A stretch of 64,000 nt of DNA from positions 41,621 to 105,620 of IMG/VR virus record IMGVR_UViG_3300034072_000926; one strand, 5' to 3'. The stretch is from a virus. The notes beneath the pieces were generated by a model. That model saw nothing but the letters and a program-made list of their open reading frames with translations, was not told where the DNA came from and did not search any database. The first letter of the stretch is position 1; every line of letters starts with the position of its first letter. Below, in pieces: positions 35,275 to 44,859 of this stretch. The position numbers were made by a program, and so were the translations under genes.

Positions 35275-35466
35275 TCAGTCCAGCAAATCTTCATCAAACT
35301 GAAGTCGGAAACGAAAAGCCTCATCAATTCCCGAGAAGCTGAGTTCGAGAGAGTCGTCATCTGCGTTAACGATTGCGCTCTGATCGACATGCTCATCCGC
35401 AAGCCACTTTACAACCTTATCCTTAGATGCGGCATCCACCCACAACGTCCATGTGCTTGCGACCAT
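35275..35466 (-). CDS. small acidic hypothetical protein
   Basis: 63 aa. Confidence 0.3.
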   Translation of the reverse strand: MVASTWTLWVDAASKDKVVKWLADEHVDQSAIVNADDDSLELSFSGIDEAFRFRLQFDEDLLD

Positions 35467-35569
35467 TTGTACCTCGTTTGTTTTGCTAAGAACTGATATC
35501 TAACGCCCAGAGCGTTCTTTTTCAATATATTCCTTAACAATATAGGTTAAGGTCAGGTGCATCAGCCAT

Positions 35570-35639
35570 GAGAAAAGGTGGCCCGTCCTGTTGTTCGGTG
35601 GAGCCATACCGCACCTAGGGAGTTGATCCCCTAGGGATT
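35570..35639. repeat. copy A of ~70-nt direct repeat with internal hairpin
   Basis: about 88% identical to 37054-37122; hairpin CCTAGGG/CCCTAGG. Confidence 0.6.
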
Positions 35640-35699
35640 GTGAGGCATAGGAGTCTACCGAAGCTTCTTCCTAACCTCGCTGCCGTTAGGCAGAAAATA

Positions 35700-36011
35700 T
35701 CAACAGCCGAGAGAGATTTTCTCAGCCTTTAGTTCATCAACTAGATCATTAAGACAGTCGACTTCACTATCGAAGATATCAGGAAAATCGGAAATAATAC
35801 CTTGAATTTCGTAGATGACTTCAATGAGGTGATCTACATCCTCACATCGTCCAGAATAGCGAGCAACATCCTCATACGGGAGCTCAGCATCAGCGCCTTC
35901 AGGATCATACCCGATCTTGGCACGAGACTCTTCTACTGCCTTCTTAACAGCAGGGCAAACCTGCCCACTAACCATATTAGCGAGCAGGAGAACCAAGGCA
36001 ACATCTGTCAT
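35700..36011 (-). CDS. hypothetical protein (103 aa)
   Basis: ORF track. Confidence 0.4.
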   Translation of the reverse strand: MTDVALVLLLANMVSGQVCPAVKKAVEESRAKIGYDPEGADAELPYEDVARYSGRCEDVDHLIEVIYEIQGIISDFPDIFDSEVDCLNDLVDELKAEKISLGC

Positions 36012-36202
36012 TAGACTTCCTTTGCCTTAAATGCTTCTGCTTTCTGCTCCATGCTCTTGAGCAAATTAAACAGCTTAGTGCCAGCAGCAATCATCTTGCC
36101 GTAAGCGGGATGGTCAGTGTTCTTGTGCATCCAATCCTCAAATTCTAATAGTTGTTCTTGAGACATGCTGGTGATCAGCGCATCTGCTTTATGTGTAGCC
36201 AT
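36011..36202 (-). CDS. small hypothetical protein (63 aa)
   Basis: ATGA-type overlap with the downstream gene. Confidence 0.35.
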   Translation of the reverse strand: MATHKADALITSMSQEQLLEFEDWMHKNTDHPAYGKMIAAGTKLFNLLKSMEQKAEAFKAKEV

Positions 36203-36291
36203 TGTATGTTCTCCTTAGCGACGGCGTCAATTACAGAATAATCCGATTGGCGCCTCCAGTCCATCGCTTGCTCAATAAATACAGTAGGTAA

Positions 36292-37077
36292 GTGGGAGGA
36301 TCCGACCCCTCCCACAACCCGGCTTGGAGCATCCAGGCTGTCCCTTACTGGTATTTATTGGAGCCCATTATGCGCCATCAGCACGACTACTATGGATTCG
36401 TCTATCTCTGGCGAGACTCTGAAACTAATCGATTCTATATCGGCAGTCATTACGGTAGCACAACCGACTCCTATATTGCGAGTTCCAAGTGGTTGAAATC
36501 CGCATATAAGAAGCGTCCTCATACCTTTAGGCGACGTATCCTTCAATACCTCACAACAGACGACAAGAAGCTGCTTCATCAAATAGAACAGGCTTGGCTT
36601 GATTTGATCAAGGATGAAGAATTAGGTAAGCGTTATTATAATCTTAAGAAATTCGCAGCCGGTGGGAATGGTTCTGCTAATAAAGGTAAAACTAGAATTT
36701 CTTGGAGGAAAGGCTTGTCTAATGAAATGATCCAACTTCGTAAAGATGGTCTATTCTGTGTCATGTCTTGTGACAAGCCTAAGCCAAGAAACCAGAGGGT
36801 TACGAAGCCTAAAAAGGTAACTATTCCAAGGAAACCTACACCGATCATTGATAAGGACTGTGAACTTTGTGGAACAACTTTCCAAACAAAGAGAGCCGGT
36901 CGATTCTGTAGCAAATCTTGTTCAAACAAAAATAACGGAAAGAATGTAGACCGAGCAGCAAATGGTCGCAAAGGTTCCGAGAAGATGCGAGAGATTGCTA
37001 CAAATCGTATTAGACATTACGATTCAGACGGATCATGGACTTGGATGTATAAAGAGAAAAGTGACCCGTCCTGTTGA
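36292..37077 (+). CDS. GIY-YIG homing endonuclease (Seg-like) with C-terminal zinc finger
   Basis: YGFVYLWRD...RFYIGSH GIY-YIG motif; CELCG...CSKSC; real start probably Met at about 36370. Confidence 0.75.
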   Translation: MGGSDPSHNPAWSIQAVPYWYLLEPIMRHQHDYYGFVYLWRDSETNRFYIGSHYGSTTDSYIASSKWLKSAYKKRPHTFRRRILQYLTTDDKKLLHQIEQAWLDLIKDEELGKRYYNLKKFAAGGNGSANKGKTRISWRKGLSNEMIQLRKDGLFCVMSCDKPKPRNQRVTKPKKVTIPRKPTPIIDKDCELCGTTFQTKRAGRFCSKSCSNKNNGKNVDRAANGRKGSEKMREIATNRIRHYDSDGSWTWMYKEKSDPSC

Positions 37078-37122
37078 TCGGTGGAGTCATACCGCACCTA
37101 AGGAGTTGATTGCCTTAGGAAT
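37054..37122. repeat. copy B of ~70-nt direct repeat with internal hairpin
   Basis: hairpin CCTAAGG/CCTTAGG (compensatory relative to copy A), followed by AATTTT. Confidence 0.6.
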
Positions 37123-37421
37123 TTTGCCAATTAGGCAGCCAGAGCTACTTCATTGGCGACAACTTCGTTGTCATTGACAGTTACGTCGTTGGTCTTTTAA
37201 GGAAACCACTCCTGTTATCTCTCGCAGCCGTTTGCGCACACGTCGATCCTAAGTTCAGGCCCATCATAACCGCTCTTTACAGAGCCGAGTCACTTCTTAG
37301 GGCAGTGACTCTCAGTTATGGTGGACCTGCCGGGTACCGCCCCCGGGTCCGTTGATTGCTATTAAGCTTTGGTCATCAATAACAACACCACTATAACAAT
37401 GGTGTTACGGGCTGTCAAGCC

Positions 37422-37721
37422 TTAATTAGCAGTCGCTGCCCTATATTGTTCGGCGGCGTCTTCCTTAGGTAGAGCACCAGCAACAATATGGGATTCACGA
37501 ATCGAAACAGTTGCGTCATTATCTGCCGCAGCCATCCAAGGCGTGAACATCACACGAACCTGCGTTGGGTTCTCTGGATTCTCAGCCAAGACCATAGCGA
37601 GTGGATTCTTGACCTTGACTTCTGAAGGGGTGAATTCGACAACCAGCGCGATGATCTCTTCGCCCGTCGATAGCTTCATAGTCATAATGGTAGGCTCTGT
37701 GGCCTTCTTCTCATGTAGCAT
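37422..37721 (-). CDS. hypothetical protein (99 aa)
   Basis: ORF track. Confidence 0.4.
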   Translation of the reverse strand: MLHEKKATEPTIMTMKLSTGEEIIALVVEFTPSEVKVKNPLAMVLAENPENPTQVRVMFTPWMAAADNDATVSIRESHIVAGALPKEDAAEQYRAATAN

Positions 37722-37730
37722 AGTAGGTCC

Positions 37731-38240
37731 TTATGGATGCTTTTGATTCAGTAGAGCTCGATGGAAGCCCTTATAATTGTCCAGAGTCATATAGCCTATG
37801 AACTTGCTGCCTGCGAACATTGGATAGCGTTCAAATTCACCAACCCTCAACACCGAGTCACCAAACCTCACAAATTCATCATCGGCGATCAGAAATGAAT
37901 CACCAGTGTTGACTTCTATCTTCCATTCTTTGTCGCCATATCCTGCACCGCCAATGAATGCAGGCGCACTATCCCATACCCTGACTTCGTAGGTCGGCTT
38001 GGGCAATGATTTGGCTTCTTCGTCGGCTGCAATTGCTTGAGCTAGACGAGCCTTGACATACATGTCTCGGTCTTCGACGGCACGAGCACTCTTGAGAGCG
38101 TCTCGAATCCATAGAGGCTGAGACAATGCGTCAATCTCATCATGTGTCATCTTGAACACATTATCTACGAGTTCCTGAAGTTGTGGCTTTTTCTTGGCCA
38201 CAATCTTCAGAAATTCTAATGGGCTTTTGCCGGATCTCAT
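37731..38240 (-). CDS. hypothetical protein (169 aa)
   Basis: ORF track; 4-nt overlap with glutaredoxin gene. Confidence 0.45.
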   Translation of the reverse strand: MRSGKSPLEFLKIVAKKKPQLQELVDNVFKMTHDEIDALSQPLWIRDALKSARAVEDRDMYVKARLAQAIAADEEAKSLPKPTYEVRVWDSAPAFIGGAGYGDKEWKIEVNTGDSFLIADDEFVRFGDSVLRVGEFERYPMFAGSKFIGYMTLDNYKGFHRALLNQKHP

Positions 38241-38476
38241 GCAGACTTCTTGAAGTAAGCATCAAGATCGGTGAAACCGCCGATATACTGCTCACCTAGC
38301 CAGATCTGAGGAACCGTGCGAGGGGCTGCACCAGTAACTGCGGTCACTCGTTCGATGAGTTCTTCACGCAGGTCGATAGCCGAGAGTTCAGTATATTCAA
38401 TACCCTTCTGAGTCAGAAGACGCTTTGCTGAGACGCAGTGTGGGCAGTTGGGCTTGGAGTAAACGATTGCAGTCAT
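38237..38476 (-). CDS. glutaredoxin (NrdH/T4 NrdC-like redoxin)
   Basis: 79 aa; CPHC active site near N-terminus, TVPQIW motif; adjacent to the RNR genes. Confidence 0.7.
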   Translation of the reverse strand: MTAIVYSKPNCPHCVSAKRLLTQKGIEYTELSAIDLREELIERVTAVTGAAPRTVPQIWLGEQYIGGFTDLDAYFKKSA

Positions 38477-38477
38477 T

Positions 38478-38744
38478 TCAATATCCTTCGATTATAATCT
38501 TGTTTTCTTCAACGATAATTTTGCAGTTCTTCTGAACGTGTCCAGTTTTTGCAAAGACTTCGACCATTGCTTCATAGGATCCTTCCTCAATATCATGTTC
38601 ACATGATATCACACCGGGAGTGAATCCTACTGGGACTTCATAGGGATTCTTGGCATCAAGATAGATCCTATGGGTAAGCTTGACCGAAGTTTCCACCTCG
38701 GTCAGCTTGTAGACATCCCCATCAATTGTGATACGAAACTTCAT
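38478..38744 (-). CDS. hypothetical protein (88 aa)
   Basis: ORF track. Confidence 0.4.
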   Translation of the reverse strand: MKFRITIDGDVYKLTEVETSVKLTHRIYLDAKNPYEVPVGFTPGVISCEHDIEEGSYEAMVEVFAKTGHVQKNCKIIVEENKIIIEGY

Positions 38745-39875
38745 TTAGAGCCTGAACGTGCTGAAGTCGTCGTCTTGTGCGTCTTGCTTAACGCCGCCAA
38801 CCACGTAGCTGGAGATTTCAGTTTCCTGTGGGGCAACCTGAACCGACTTCGAGGCAATCCAAGAAGAAGTCCAAGGCAGTGGGTTGCGAGCAGGAATCTT
38901 AAACGGCGCAGTCAAACCGACGCCGCGCATACGAGTGCCAGCAATGTAGTCCACATACTCATTCAAGAGAGCCTCGTTAAGACCGATGATGCTGCCATCC
39001 TTGAACAGATACTTGGCCCAAGCCTTTTCCTGTGCAATAGCGCTCATATACATCGAGATAGCCTGTGCTTCAGTTTCCTGTGCAATCTGAACGAAGTCTG
39101 GATCATCGGACTTCAAGATGTTGCGAAGCAGGTTCTGAGTAGCAGCAAGATGCAGGTTCTCGTCACGCGCAATGAACTTGATGATCTTTGCGTTACCTTC
39201 CATGCGCTTGTTTTCTGCAAATGCCCAGGAGCAAGCGAACGACACGTAGAAACGAACACCCTCAAGGATGTTGACACTCATCATAGTCAGCCACAGCTTC
39301 TTCTTCAGCTCATAGAGGTCAACCTTGACTTCCTTGCCATTGACCTTGTGAGTGCCGACACCCAATAGGTCATACCACTTCGACGACTCAATGAGATCAT
39401 CATAGTTGGCCGAGATGTCCTTGGCGCAATCGACGATTTCCTCGATGTGACCCATCGAATCGAAGACTTCTGAGGGGTTCGGATAGACGTTACGAATGAT
39501 GTGAGTGTAGGAACGGCTATGAATCGTTTCATAGAATGCCCAAGTCTGTGTCCATGTTTCCATTTCAGGAAGACTGGTGATCGAGCCAAAAGCCTGTGTT
39601 GGACTACGACCCTGAACCGAGTCGAGAAGGATCTGACGCTTTAGGTTTGAGGTAAAGATGTGCTTTTCATGATCGGACAGCTTTACAAAGTCGCCGCGAT
39701 CAGTATTGAGATCCACTTCCTCTGGTCGCCAGAAAAAGCCCAGCTGCTGGCTGGTTAGATGTTCCAGTTCAGGATACTTGACCTGGTCAAAACGCTGAAT
39801 GTTCACTGGACCAGCAGGGTCGAAGAACATCCTAGCAGTTAGATGATTAGGTGCATTTAGGTTGAAGACGCTCAT
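38745..39875 (-). CDS. nrdB: ribonucleotide reductase class Ia beta subunit
   Basis: 376 aa; di-iron ligand regions (EGVRFYVSFACSWAFAE, ARDENLHL), full-length NrdB-like. Confidence 0.9.
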   Translation of the reverse strand: MSVFNLNAPNHLTARMFFDPAGPVNIQRFDQVKYPELEHLTSQQLGFFWRPEEVDLNTDRGDFVKLSDHEKHIFTSNLKRQILLDSVQGRSPTQAFGSITSLPEMETWTQTWAFYETIHSRSYTHIIRNVYPNPSEVFDSMGHIEEIVDCAKDISANYDDLIESSKWYDLLGVGTHKVNGKEVKVDLYELKKKLWLTMMSVNILEGVRFYVSFACSWAFAENKRMEGNAKIIKFIARDENLHLAATQNLLRNILKSDDPDFVQIAQETEAQAISMYMSAIAQEKAWAKYLFKDGSIIGLNEALLNEYVDYIAGTRMRGVGLTAPFKIPARNPLPWTSSWIASKSVQVAPQETEISSYVVGGVKQDAQDDDFSTFRL

Positions 39876-40105
39876 TCGTCGGCCCCTTTCAATTTTTCGA
39901 TTTCATTTTCAATATTGCGGAGACGAATGCTGATGTAGATTGACAAACAGTTTGCCAGACCTTCACGCCCGTTATTTGTCACGATAGACGGAATCATCTG
40001 GTTATCCACTGCCACAGTAAAGGGCAGATGCAGTTGACCAGCCTTGTAAATCATCTGTTTCAAATATTCTCGCTCTTCCTCGAGAGCTTTGATTTGGGCG
40101 TTCAT
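39872..40105 (-). CDS. small coiled-coil protein (77 aa)
   Basis: 4-nt overlap with nrdB. Confidence 0.35.
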   Translation of the reverse strand: MNAQIKALEEEREYLKQMIYKAGQLHLPFTVAVDNQMIPSIVTNNGREGLANCLSIYISIRLRNIENEIEKLKGADE

Positions 40106-40202
40106 CGCCTTCTCCTTATTCCAGTATAATACGGAACTCTGGCTGCAAAAGTCTATTTTAGGTAGAACGACCCAGGGGTGATAAGCCCCTGGGTCTGGAC
40201 TT

Positions 40203-42509
40203 TTAGAGCTTGCAGGAATCGCAATCTTCGTCGTCTAGAATCTCTTCTAGTTCTTCATCACTCTTTGTCTCGTTGACGACGAGGGTGACGTCTTCCTGAC
40301 CGTCATAAGTGTTGAAGTAATAGAGGTTCTTGCCGCCATACTTGTAGAAGTTCAACAAGTCAGTGATCATGTCCTTCATGGAAATCTCACGATTCTCATA
40401 ATGGTCAGGATTGTAGCTGGTGTTGACACTTGCGCTCTGATCCAGATACTTGTTAAGAACACAAGCAACCTTCAGATAACCGGCAGGCCCGCGCTGATCC
40501 CAAAGTAGTTCATACTTGTTCTTCAGCTTGCCAATCTCAGGCACAACCTGCTTGAGCACGCCATGCTTGGAGACCTTCTCAGAAACCAGCGCACGAACAG
40601 GTTCAATGCCATTGGTCGAGTTGGACAACTGAGCAGAAGTCTCTGCGGGCATCAGAGCCATCAGAGTGGTATTGCGGATACCATTCTTGATCAGCTGAGC
40701 ACGGAGATCTTCCCAAGGCATACGAGTCGTTGGTTCGACTAGTTCATCCAGATCACGCTTGTAGGTGTCAATGGGCATAACACCTTGGCTATACTTGGAC
40801 TTGTAAGAACCTGGGCAGGCTCCCTTTTCCAAAGCCAGATCGGCTGAAGCCTTGATCAGGTAGTAGGACATGCCTTCCATGTATTCGTCGACCAGTGGAA
40901 GAGCAGCATCGTCATACTTCAGACCATTCTTCGCAAGGAAGTAGGCCAGGTTGATGATACCAACGCCGAGAGGACGAAGTTCCTTCGTAGCAAGTTCTGC
41001 GGCCTTGACTGGGTAATTCTGGTAGCTGAGAATTTCATCAAGGAAGCGAACAACCAGCTTTGCAGGCTTTTCGAAATCATGAGGTGTCTTGACACGACCC
41101 CAGTTGAGTGCGCTGAGGGTGCAAAGGCTGATGCGACCATTGGGATCGTCGAAGTGCTGCATTGGAACCGTAGGAAGTGTGATTTCCTGGCAGAGGTTGC
41201 TCTGCGTGATCGGAGCCAACTCAGGGATATACGAACCATGCGAGTTTGCGTGGTCAATGTTCATGAGGTAGATACGACCAGTTTCCTTACGCTCGGTCAT
41301 GAACGTAATAAACACATCGAGGGCCTTCATTGACTTCTTACGAATCTTTGGATCAGCTTCGTAATGAGTGTAGAGGCGATCAAACTCGTCCTGATCAGCA
41401 TAGAACGCATCAAGGAGACCCGGAACATCCTTAGGTGAGAAGAACGTAATGTCTCCACCTTCCACAAGACGCTTATACATCATGCGGTTAAACAGGAAGC
41501 TATAGTCGAGGTGACGAATACGATTCTGTTCAGTGCCCTTGTTGTTCTTCAGAACAATCAGGTCCTCAAATTCGTAATGCCAAAGCGGGAAGTGGACAGT
41601 AGCCGCACCACCGCGAACACCGCCTTGCGAACAGCTCTTAACTGCTGCCTGCATCCAGCGAACAAACGGCAAAAGACCAGTATGTTCAGCATCGCCATTG
41701 CGGATCTTCGAACCAAGAGCACGAACACGACCCATGTCAATACCAAGCCCTGCCTTCTGGCTGATATACTTGACAACGCTGCTATTTGTGGCAACGAGAG
41801 AATCAAGAGAGTCGTCAGTCGAAATGGTAACACACGAGCTGAACTGCTTCTGTGGCGTCCTCAGACCTGCCATGATGGGCGTAGGCAGGCTGATGTCGAA
41901 CTGGCTTACTGCATCGTAGAAATCCTTGATGTAGTCCATGCGGGTATCCTTGGGATACGCCATGAAGCCAATCGCGCTGATCAGAACCAGAGCAATCTGC
42001 GGGGTTTCAAAGAACTGACCGGTAACGCGGTCCTTGACGAGATACTTGCCGCGCCACTGTTCCATGCCAGCGTAGGCAATCAAGTCGTCTCGCGTATGCT
42101 TGACGATCTTCTCAAGCTTCTTCCACTCTTCGTCGTTGAAGTTGTCGAGCAGTTCCTGAGTGTAATGACCCTCAGCGACATTCTTCTCAACAACCTGCTT
42201 AACAGTCCAAGGCTCATAACGGCCATAGACTTCCTTACGAAGCTGGTAGCTAGCCAGACGACTAGCAACGAACTGGTAGTTTGGAGTTTCCTCGCTGATC
42301 AGTTCGCTTGCGCTCTTAACGAGCAGTTCGTGAATCTTGGTGCTCAAGACTCCGTCTTCTAGCTGAAGCTGGGCGCGGAGTTCTACCTCGGAAGGTGAAA
42401 CACCGGCAAGGTCTTCGCAGGCCCAGAAGACAACCTTATGAATCTTTTCGAGGTCTAATGCCTCTTTGCGGCCGTCACGCTTGACAACCATAATTGGTGT
42501 GTTGCCCAT
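40203..42509 (-). CDS. nrdA: ribonucleotide reductase class Ia alpha subunit
   Basis: ATP-cone VVKRDGRKE..D..KI; catalytic Cys/Asn/Glu regions; C-terminal CxxC tail; start set at MGNTPIM (42509) rather than track start 42557, because CTAAATAT sits 32 nt upstream of it. Confidence 0.9.
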   Translation of the reverse strand: MGNTPIMVVKRDGRKEALDLEKIHKVVFWACEDLAGVSPSEVELRAQLQLEDGVLSTKIHELLVKSASELISEETPNYQFVASRLASYQLRKEVYGRYEPWTVKQVVEKNVAEGHYTQELLDNFNDEEWKKLEKIVKHTRDDLIAYAGMEQWRGKYLVKDRVTGQFFETPQIALVLISAIGFMAYPKDTRMDYIKDFYDAVSQFDISLPTPIMAGLRTPQKQFSSCVTISTDDSLDSLVATNSSVVKYISQKAGLGIDMGRVRALGSKIRNGDAEHTGLLPFVRWMQAAVKSCSQGGVRGGAATVHFPLWHYEFEDLIVLKNNKGTEQNRIRHLDYSFLFNRMMYKRLVEGGDITFFSPKDVPGLLDAFYADQDEFDRLYTHYEADPKIRKKSMKALDVFITFMTERKETGRIYLMNIDHANSHGSYIPELAPITQSNLCQEITLPTVPMQHFDDPNGRISLCTLSALNWGRVKTPHDFEKPAKLVVRFLDEILSYQNYPVKAAELATKELRPLGVGIINLAYFLAKNGLKYDDAALPLVDEYMEGMSYYLIKASADLALEKGACPGSYKSKYSQGVMPIDTYKRDLDELVEPTTRMPWEDLRAQLIKNGIRNTTLMALMPAETSAQLSNSTNGIEPVRALVSEKVSKHGVLKQVVPEIGKLKNKYELLWDQRGPAGYLKVACVLNKYLDQSASVNTSYNPDHYENREISMKDMITDLLNFYKYGGKNLYYFNTYDGQEDVTLVVNETKSDEELEEILDDEDCDSCKL

Positions 42510-42540
42510 ATTTTTCCTTGTTCTCTTTTTCTTAGGGCAG

Positions 42541-42548
42541 ATATTTAG
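42541..42548 (-). promoter_or_regulatory. late-promoter-like CTAAATAT upstream of nrdA
   Basis: plus-strand ATATTTAG. Confidence 0.35.
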
Positions 42549-42600
42549 TGAGTCCAAAATTTCATTCTGTGGCGCGTTTAAGTGCTCTTAGAACTGCTAA

Positions 42601-43065
42601 TTAGACTTCCTGGTGTCCGCCCTCAGGGTTAACACGGTAGCTCACCAAATATGCACAATCTACCCTCTCAATGTCAAAATTGATAACACTGGCATGGAGG
42701 TAATTTAGCGCCCATTTGTTATCAACCAGGAGAACCATCGTTTGAAACGATTCCTTTGAATTGCGGACATAATGTAGGCGCAAACGCTCAGGAGACCAAC
42801 CCGCTAGGATGAGGGTCTGTTCCATGAGATATGCCTTTGCTGTATCGTCGAAATCACCCTGGCTGAGAAGTTCCCAAGGTGTTGGCCAAGCAGTCGTGTC
42901 GTCATAGTCTAGGACGTAGTTAGATGTAGGTGCCTGAGATACCCATACTGAAACAGCTTTTAGCTGGTCCATTTCTTCCAAATCGTTTAGGTTTTGACGG
43001 AAATCTCTCCAAGAAGTGAGTCGCTCACTAGGAGACAGTAGGAAGGGATTCATAGAACTCTCCAT
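42601..43065 (-). CDS. hypothetical protein (154 aa)
   Basis: ORF track. Confidence 0.45.
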   Translation of the reverse strand: MESSMNPFLLSPSERLTSWRDFRQNLNDLEEMDQLKAVSVWVSQAPTSNYVLDYDDTTAWPTPWELLSQGDFDDTAKAYLMEQTLILAGWSPERLRLHYVRNSKESFQTMVLLVDNKWALNYLHASVINFDIERVDCAYLVSYRVNPEGGHQEV

Positions 43066-43073
43066 TAAGGAAT

Positions 43074-43724
43074 TTAGACTGCTTGGGTAGGTGGCGAAGG
43101 ATCTACCTCAGGGGCAGACCATTCTCGTCCACTCAGCGATAGCGTTAGCTCAAGACCAAAATTGTTCCTAAACGCTAGCCAAGTAATACCTGTGTCAGCA
43201 CCGGTCAGATCATAACGAGTTAACTGGAAATGACCAGTTGTGCTCGTAGGAAGATTTGCCGATCCGCCTGGCCAGTTCAAAGAACACATCGAGCCAGAAG
43301 TTAAGTTGACAACAGATTGATCTGGATCACTAGGATGAACGCAGACCGTCATAATGCCCATAAGCTTGACCGAACCACCGTTGCCATAGAGGCTAAAATC
43401 GTAAGTAGCAAAGTCACGTTCGTTATGGACGAAAAGTGGGAAGACGCTGGTCATGTTGCTGTTCGAGCCACACACCGCAGACACAAGAGGTCCGTGATAG
43501 TAGACATCGCCGCCAATGCCACGCTGAATATCAAGTTCAGTTAGAAGCTTGATATTCTGATAGGGATAGGATTTCCTGCCAGACACGCTGGGATGAGTCT
43601 GTGCGCCGATGAAAACTTCACCAGTGTCAGTAGTCATTCCAATCTCGCCATCTTCTAGAGCATTAGGGAGTTCCCCGCTAGTGCCCCTTCGATGTTGGAT
43701 CCTGGAGATCTGATAAACAGCCAT
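43074..43724 (-). CDS. hypothetical protein (~217 aa)
   Basis: ATG at 43724 (track uses upstream TTG); AATAAATA late-like motif about 25 nt upstream. Confidence 0.45.
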   Translation of the reverse strand: MAVYQISRIQHRRGTSGELPNALEDGEIGMTTDTGEVFIGAQTHPSVSGRKSYPYQNIKLLTELDIQRGIGGDVYYHGPLVSAVCGSNSNMTSVFPLFVHNERDFATYDFSLYGNGGSVKLMGIMTVCVHPSDPDQSVVNLTSGSMCSLNWPGGSANLPTSTTGHFQLTRYDLTGADTGITWLAFRNNFGLELTLSLSGREWSAPEVDPSPPTQAV

Positions 43725-43796
43725 TCTGTCCTCCAATTTACCCTATATTTATTCTCCGCCGCTTGACTTAATCCTATTTCGTGCTAAAGATATCAT

Positions 43797-44195
43797 ATGA
43801 GCGATATTATTGTGCCACCGATCGGAACTAAGGTTGAAGTCCTCAGCCGTTATACTCTTCCTTGGATGAACGAGTATCGTCGTCCAACCGTTGGAGTAGT
43901 GGCCCATAGCAATTCATGGGACAAGCCAGGCACCTTCCGCCTCATTGGAACGGGAGGTATTGGCGAGGCTGTTGTCTCTCTGGATCGTCTCGAATACCTC
44001 AAGATTATCAAAGATTCAACAACGTCGACCACGGCAGCCAAAAGCGAAGTCTCGAGTTTCGAGATCAAAGGCAGTCAGGGCGATATCTATATCGTAACCT
44101 TAGACGGCGACAAGGCAAAATGCACATGTCCAGCTGGAAGCCATGGTCGAGTCTGTAAGCATATCAAGATGGCTCGGGAAGAGCACCATTCTTGA
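43797..44195 (+). CDS. SWIM-type zinc finger protein
   Basis: 132 aa; C-terminal CTCPAGSHGRVCKHI (CxCx(n)CxH). Confidence 0.5.
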   Translation: MSDIIVPPIGTKVEVLSRYTLPWMNEYRRPTVGVVAHSNSWDKPGTFRLIGTGGIGEAVVSLDRLEYLKIIKDSTTSTTAAKSEVSSFEIKGSQGDIYIVTLDGDKAKCTCPAGSHGRVCKHIKMAREEHHS

Positions 44196-44859
44196 AGAAG
44201 ATGTCGAGGCGACCTAGCCATTCATTGATAGCCGCCTCAAATTCCTCACCCTCAAAGACATATTCAGCATAGCTCAAGTCTCGAGCGACCATAAAGATCA
44301 CTCCGCGCTTGATGTTCGTGCCAAACAGCTCGTTATGGGCGAGCGCATACGCGGCAAGCTGACAAGCATAATTGTTAATCTTGTCCTTGCTCTTCATCTT
44401 ATTGGTCGTCTTGTAGTCCATGATGGCTGGTTCGCCATTATGAATTCCAATCAAGTCAGCCGTGCCTGCATACAAGCCTGGAAAGTAGAGCATCTCTTCC
44501 ATTGCCCATACTTCGCTAACATTGATTAGACCACGTTCGATGATAACGTCTGCCATGTTGGTTGCCATCTTACGCACAACATTGGAACCACCTGGACGTT
44601 CTTCGCCCATCATGTAGTTCTCCAAATGAGTGTGCATCAGAGAGCCTAGACCCGCAGCTTCGTCACGGATCTGGTCTGCTTTCTTGTCACCAACCCAGGC
44701 GCGCCATTCCAAGAGACCAGATTTGTCCTCTGTGGCGCCAAGGATTGTGGTAACACTTGCGTGAGCCATACCCTTATCGCAGATATAATGCCTAGTGCCG
44801 TTCTCCTGCGTAACTCGCTCTAGGGTAGGATATTTGTAAAGATCGTTTTTTGGTATCAT
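44164..44859 (-). CDS. PD-(D/E)xK family nuclease (Cas4/YqaJ-like)
   Basis: 231 aa; GTADLIGI...IMDYKT core motif; convergent 32-nt overlap with the SWIM gene. Confidence 0.5.
   Translation of the reverse strand: MIPKNDLYKYPTLERVTQENGTRHYICDKGMAHASVTTILGATEDKSGLLEWRAWVGDKKADQIRDEAAGLGSLMHTHLENYMMGEERPGGSNVVRKMATNMADVIIERGLINVSEVWAMEEMLYFPGLYAGTADLIGIHNGEPAIMDYKTTNKMKSKDKINNYACQLAAYALAHNELFGTNIKRGVIFMVARDLSYAEYVFEGEEFEAAINEWLGRLDIFFKNGALPEPS

Noticed and set aside
36292-37077. GIY-YIG endonuclease as an intron-encoded enzyme within a host gene
   Set aside because: Flanking genes are on the opposite strand and no split exon could be recognised, so it is treated as a free-standing Seg-like endonuclease; the intron idea is kept only for the adjacent non-coding stretch.
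38670-39368. 232-aa plus-strand ORF
   Set aside because: Antisense to nrdB.
41511-42362. 283-aa plus-strand ORF
   Set aside because: Antisense to nrdA, whose identity is unambiguous.
40203-42557. Possible intron or intein in the RNR genes (common in T4-like phages)
   Set aside because: Both nrdA (about 769 aa) and nrdB (376 aa) are of normal length with continuous alignment; no insertion is evident.
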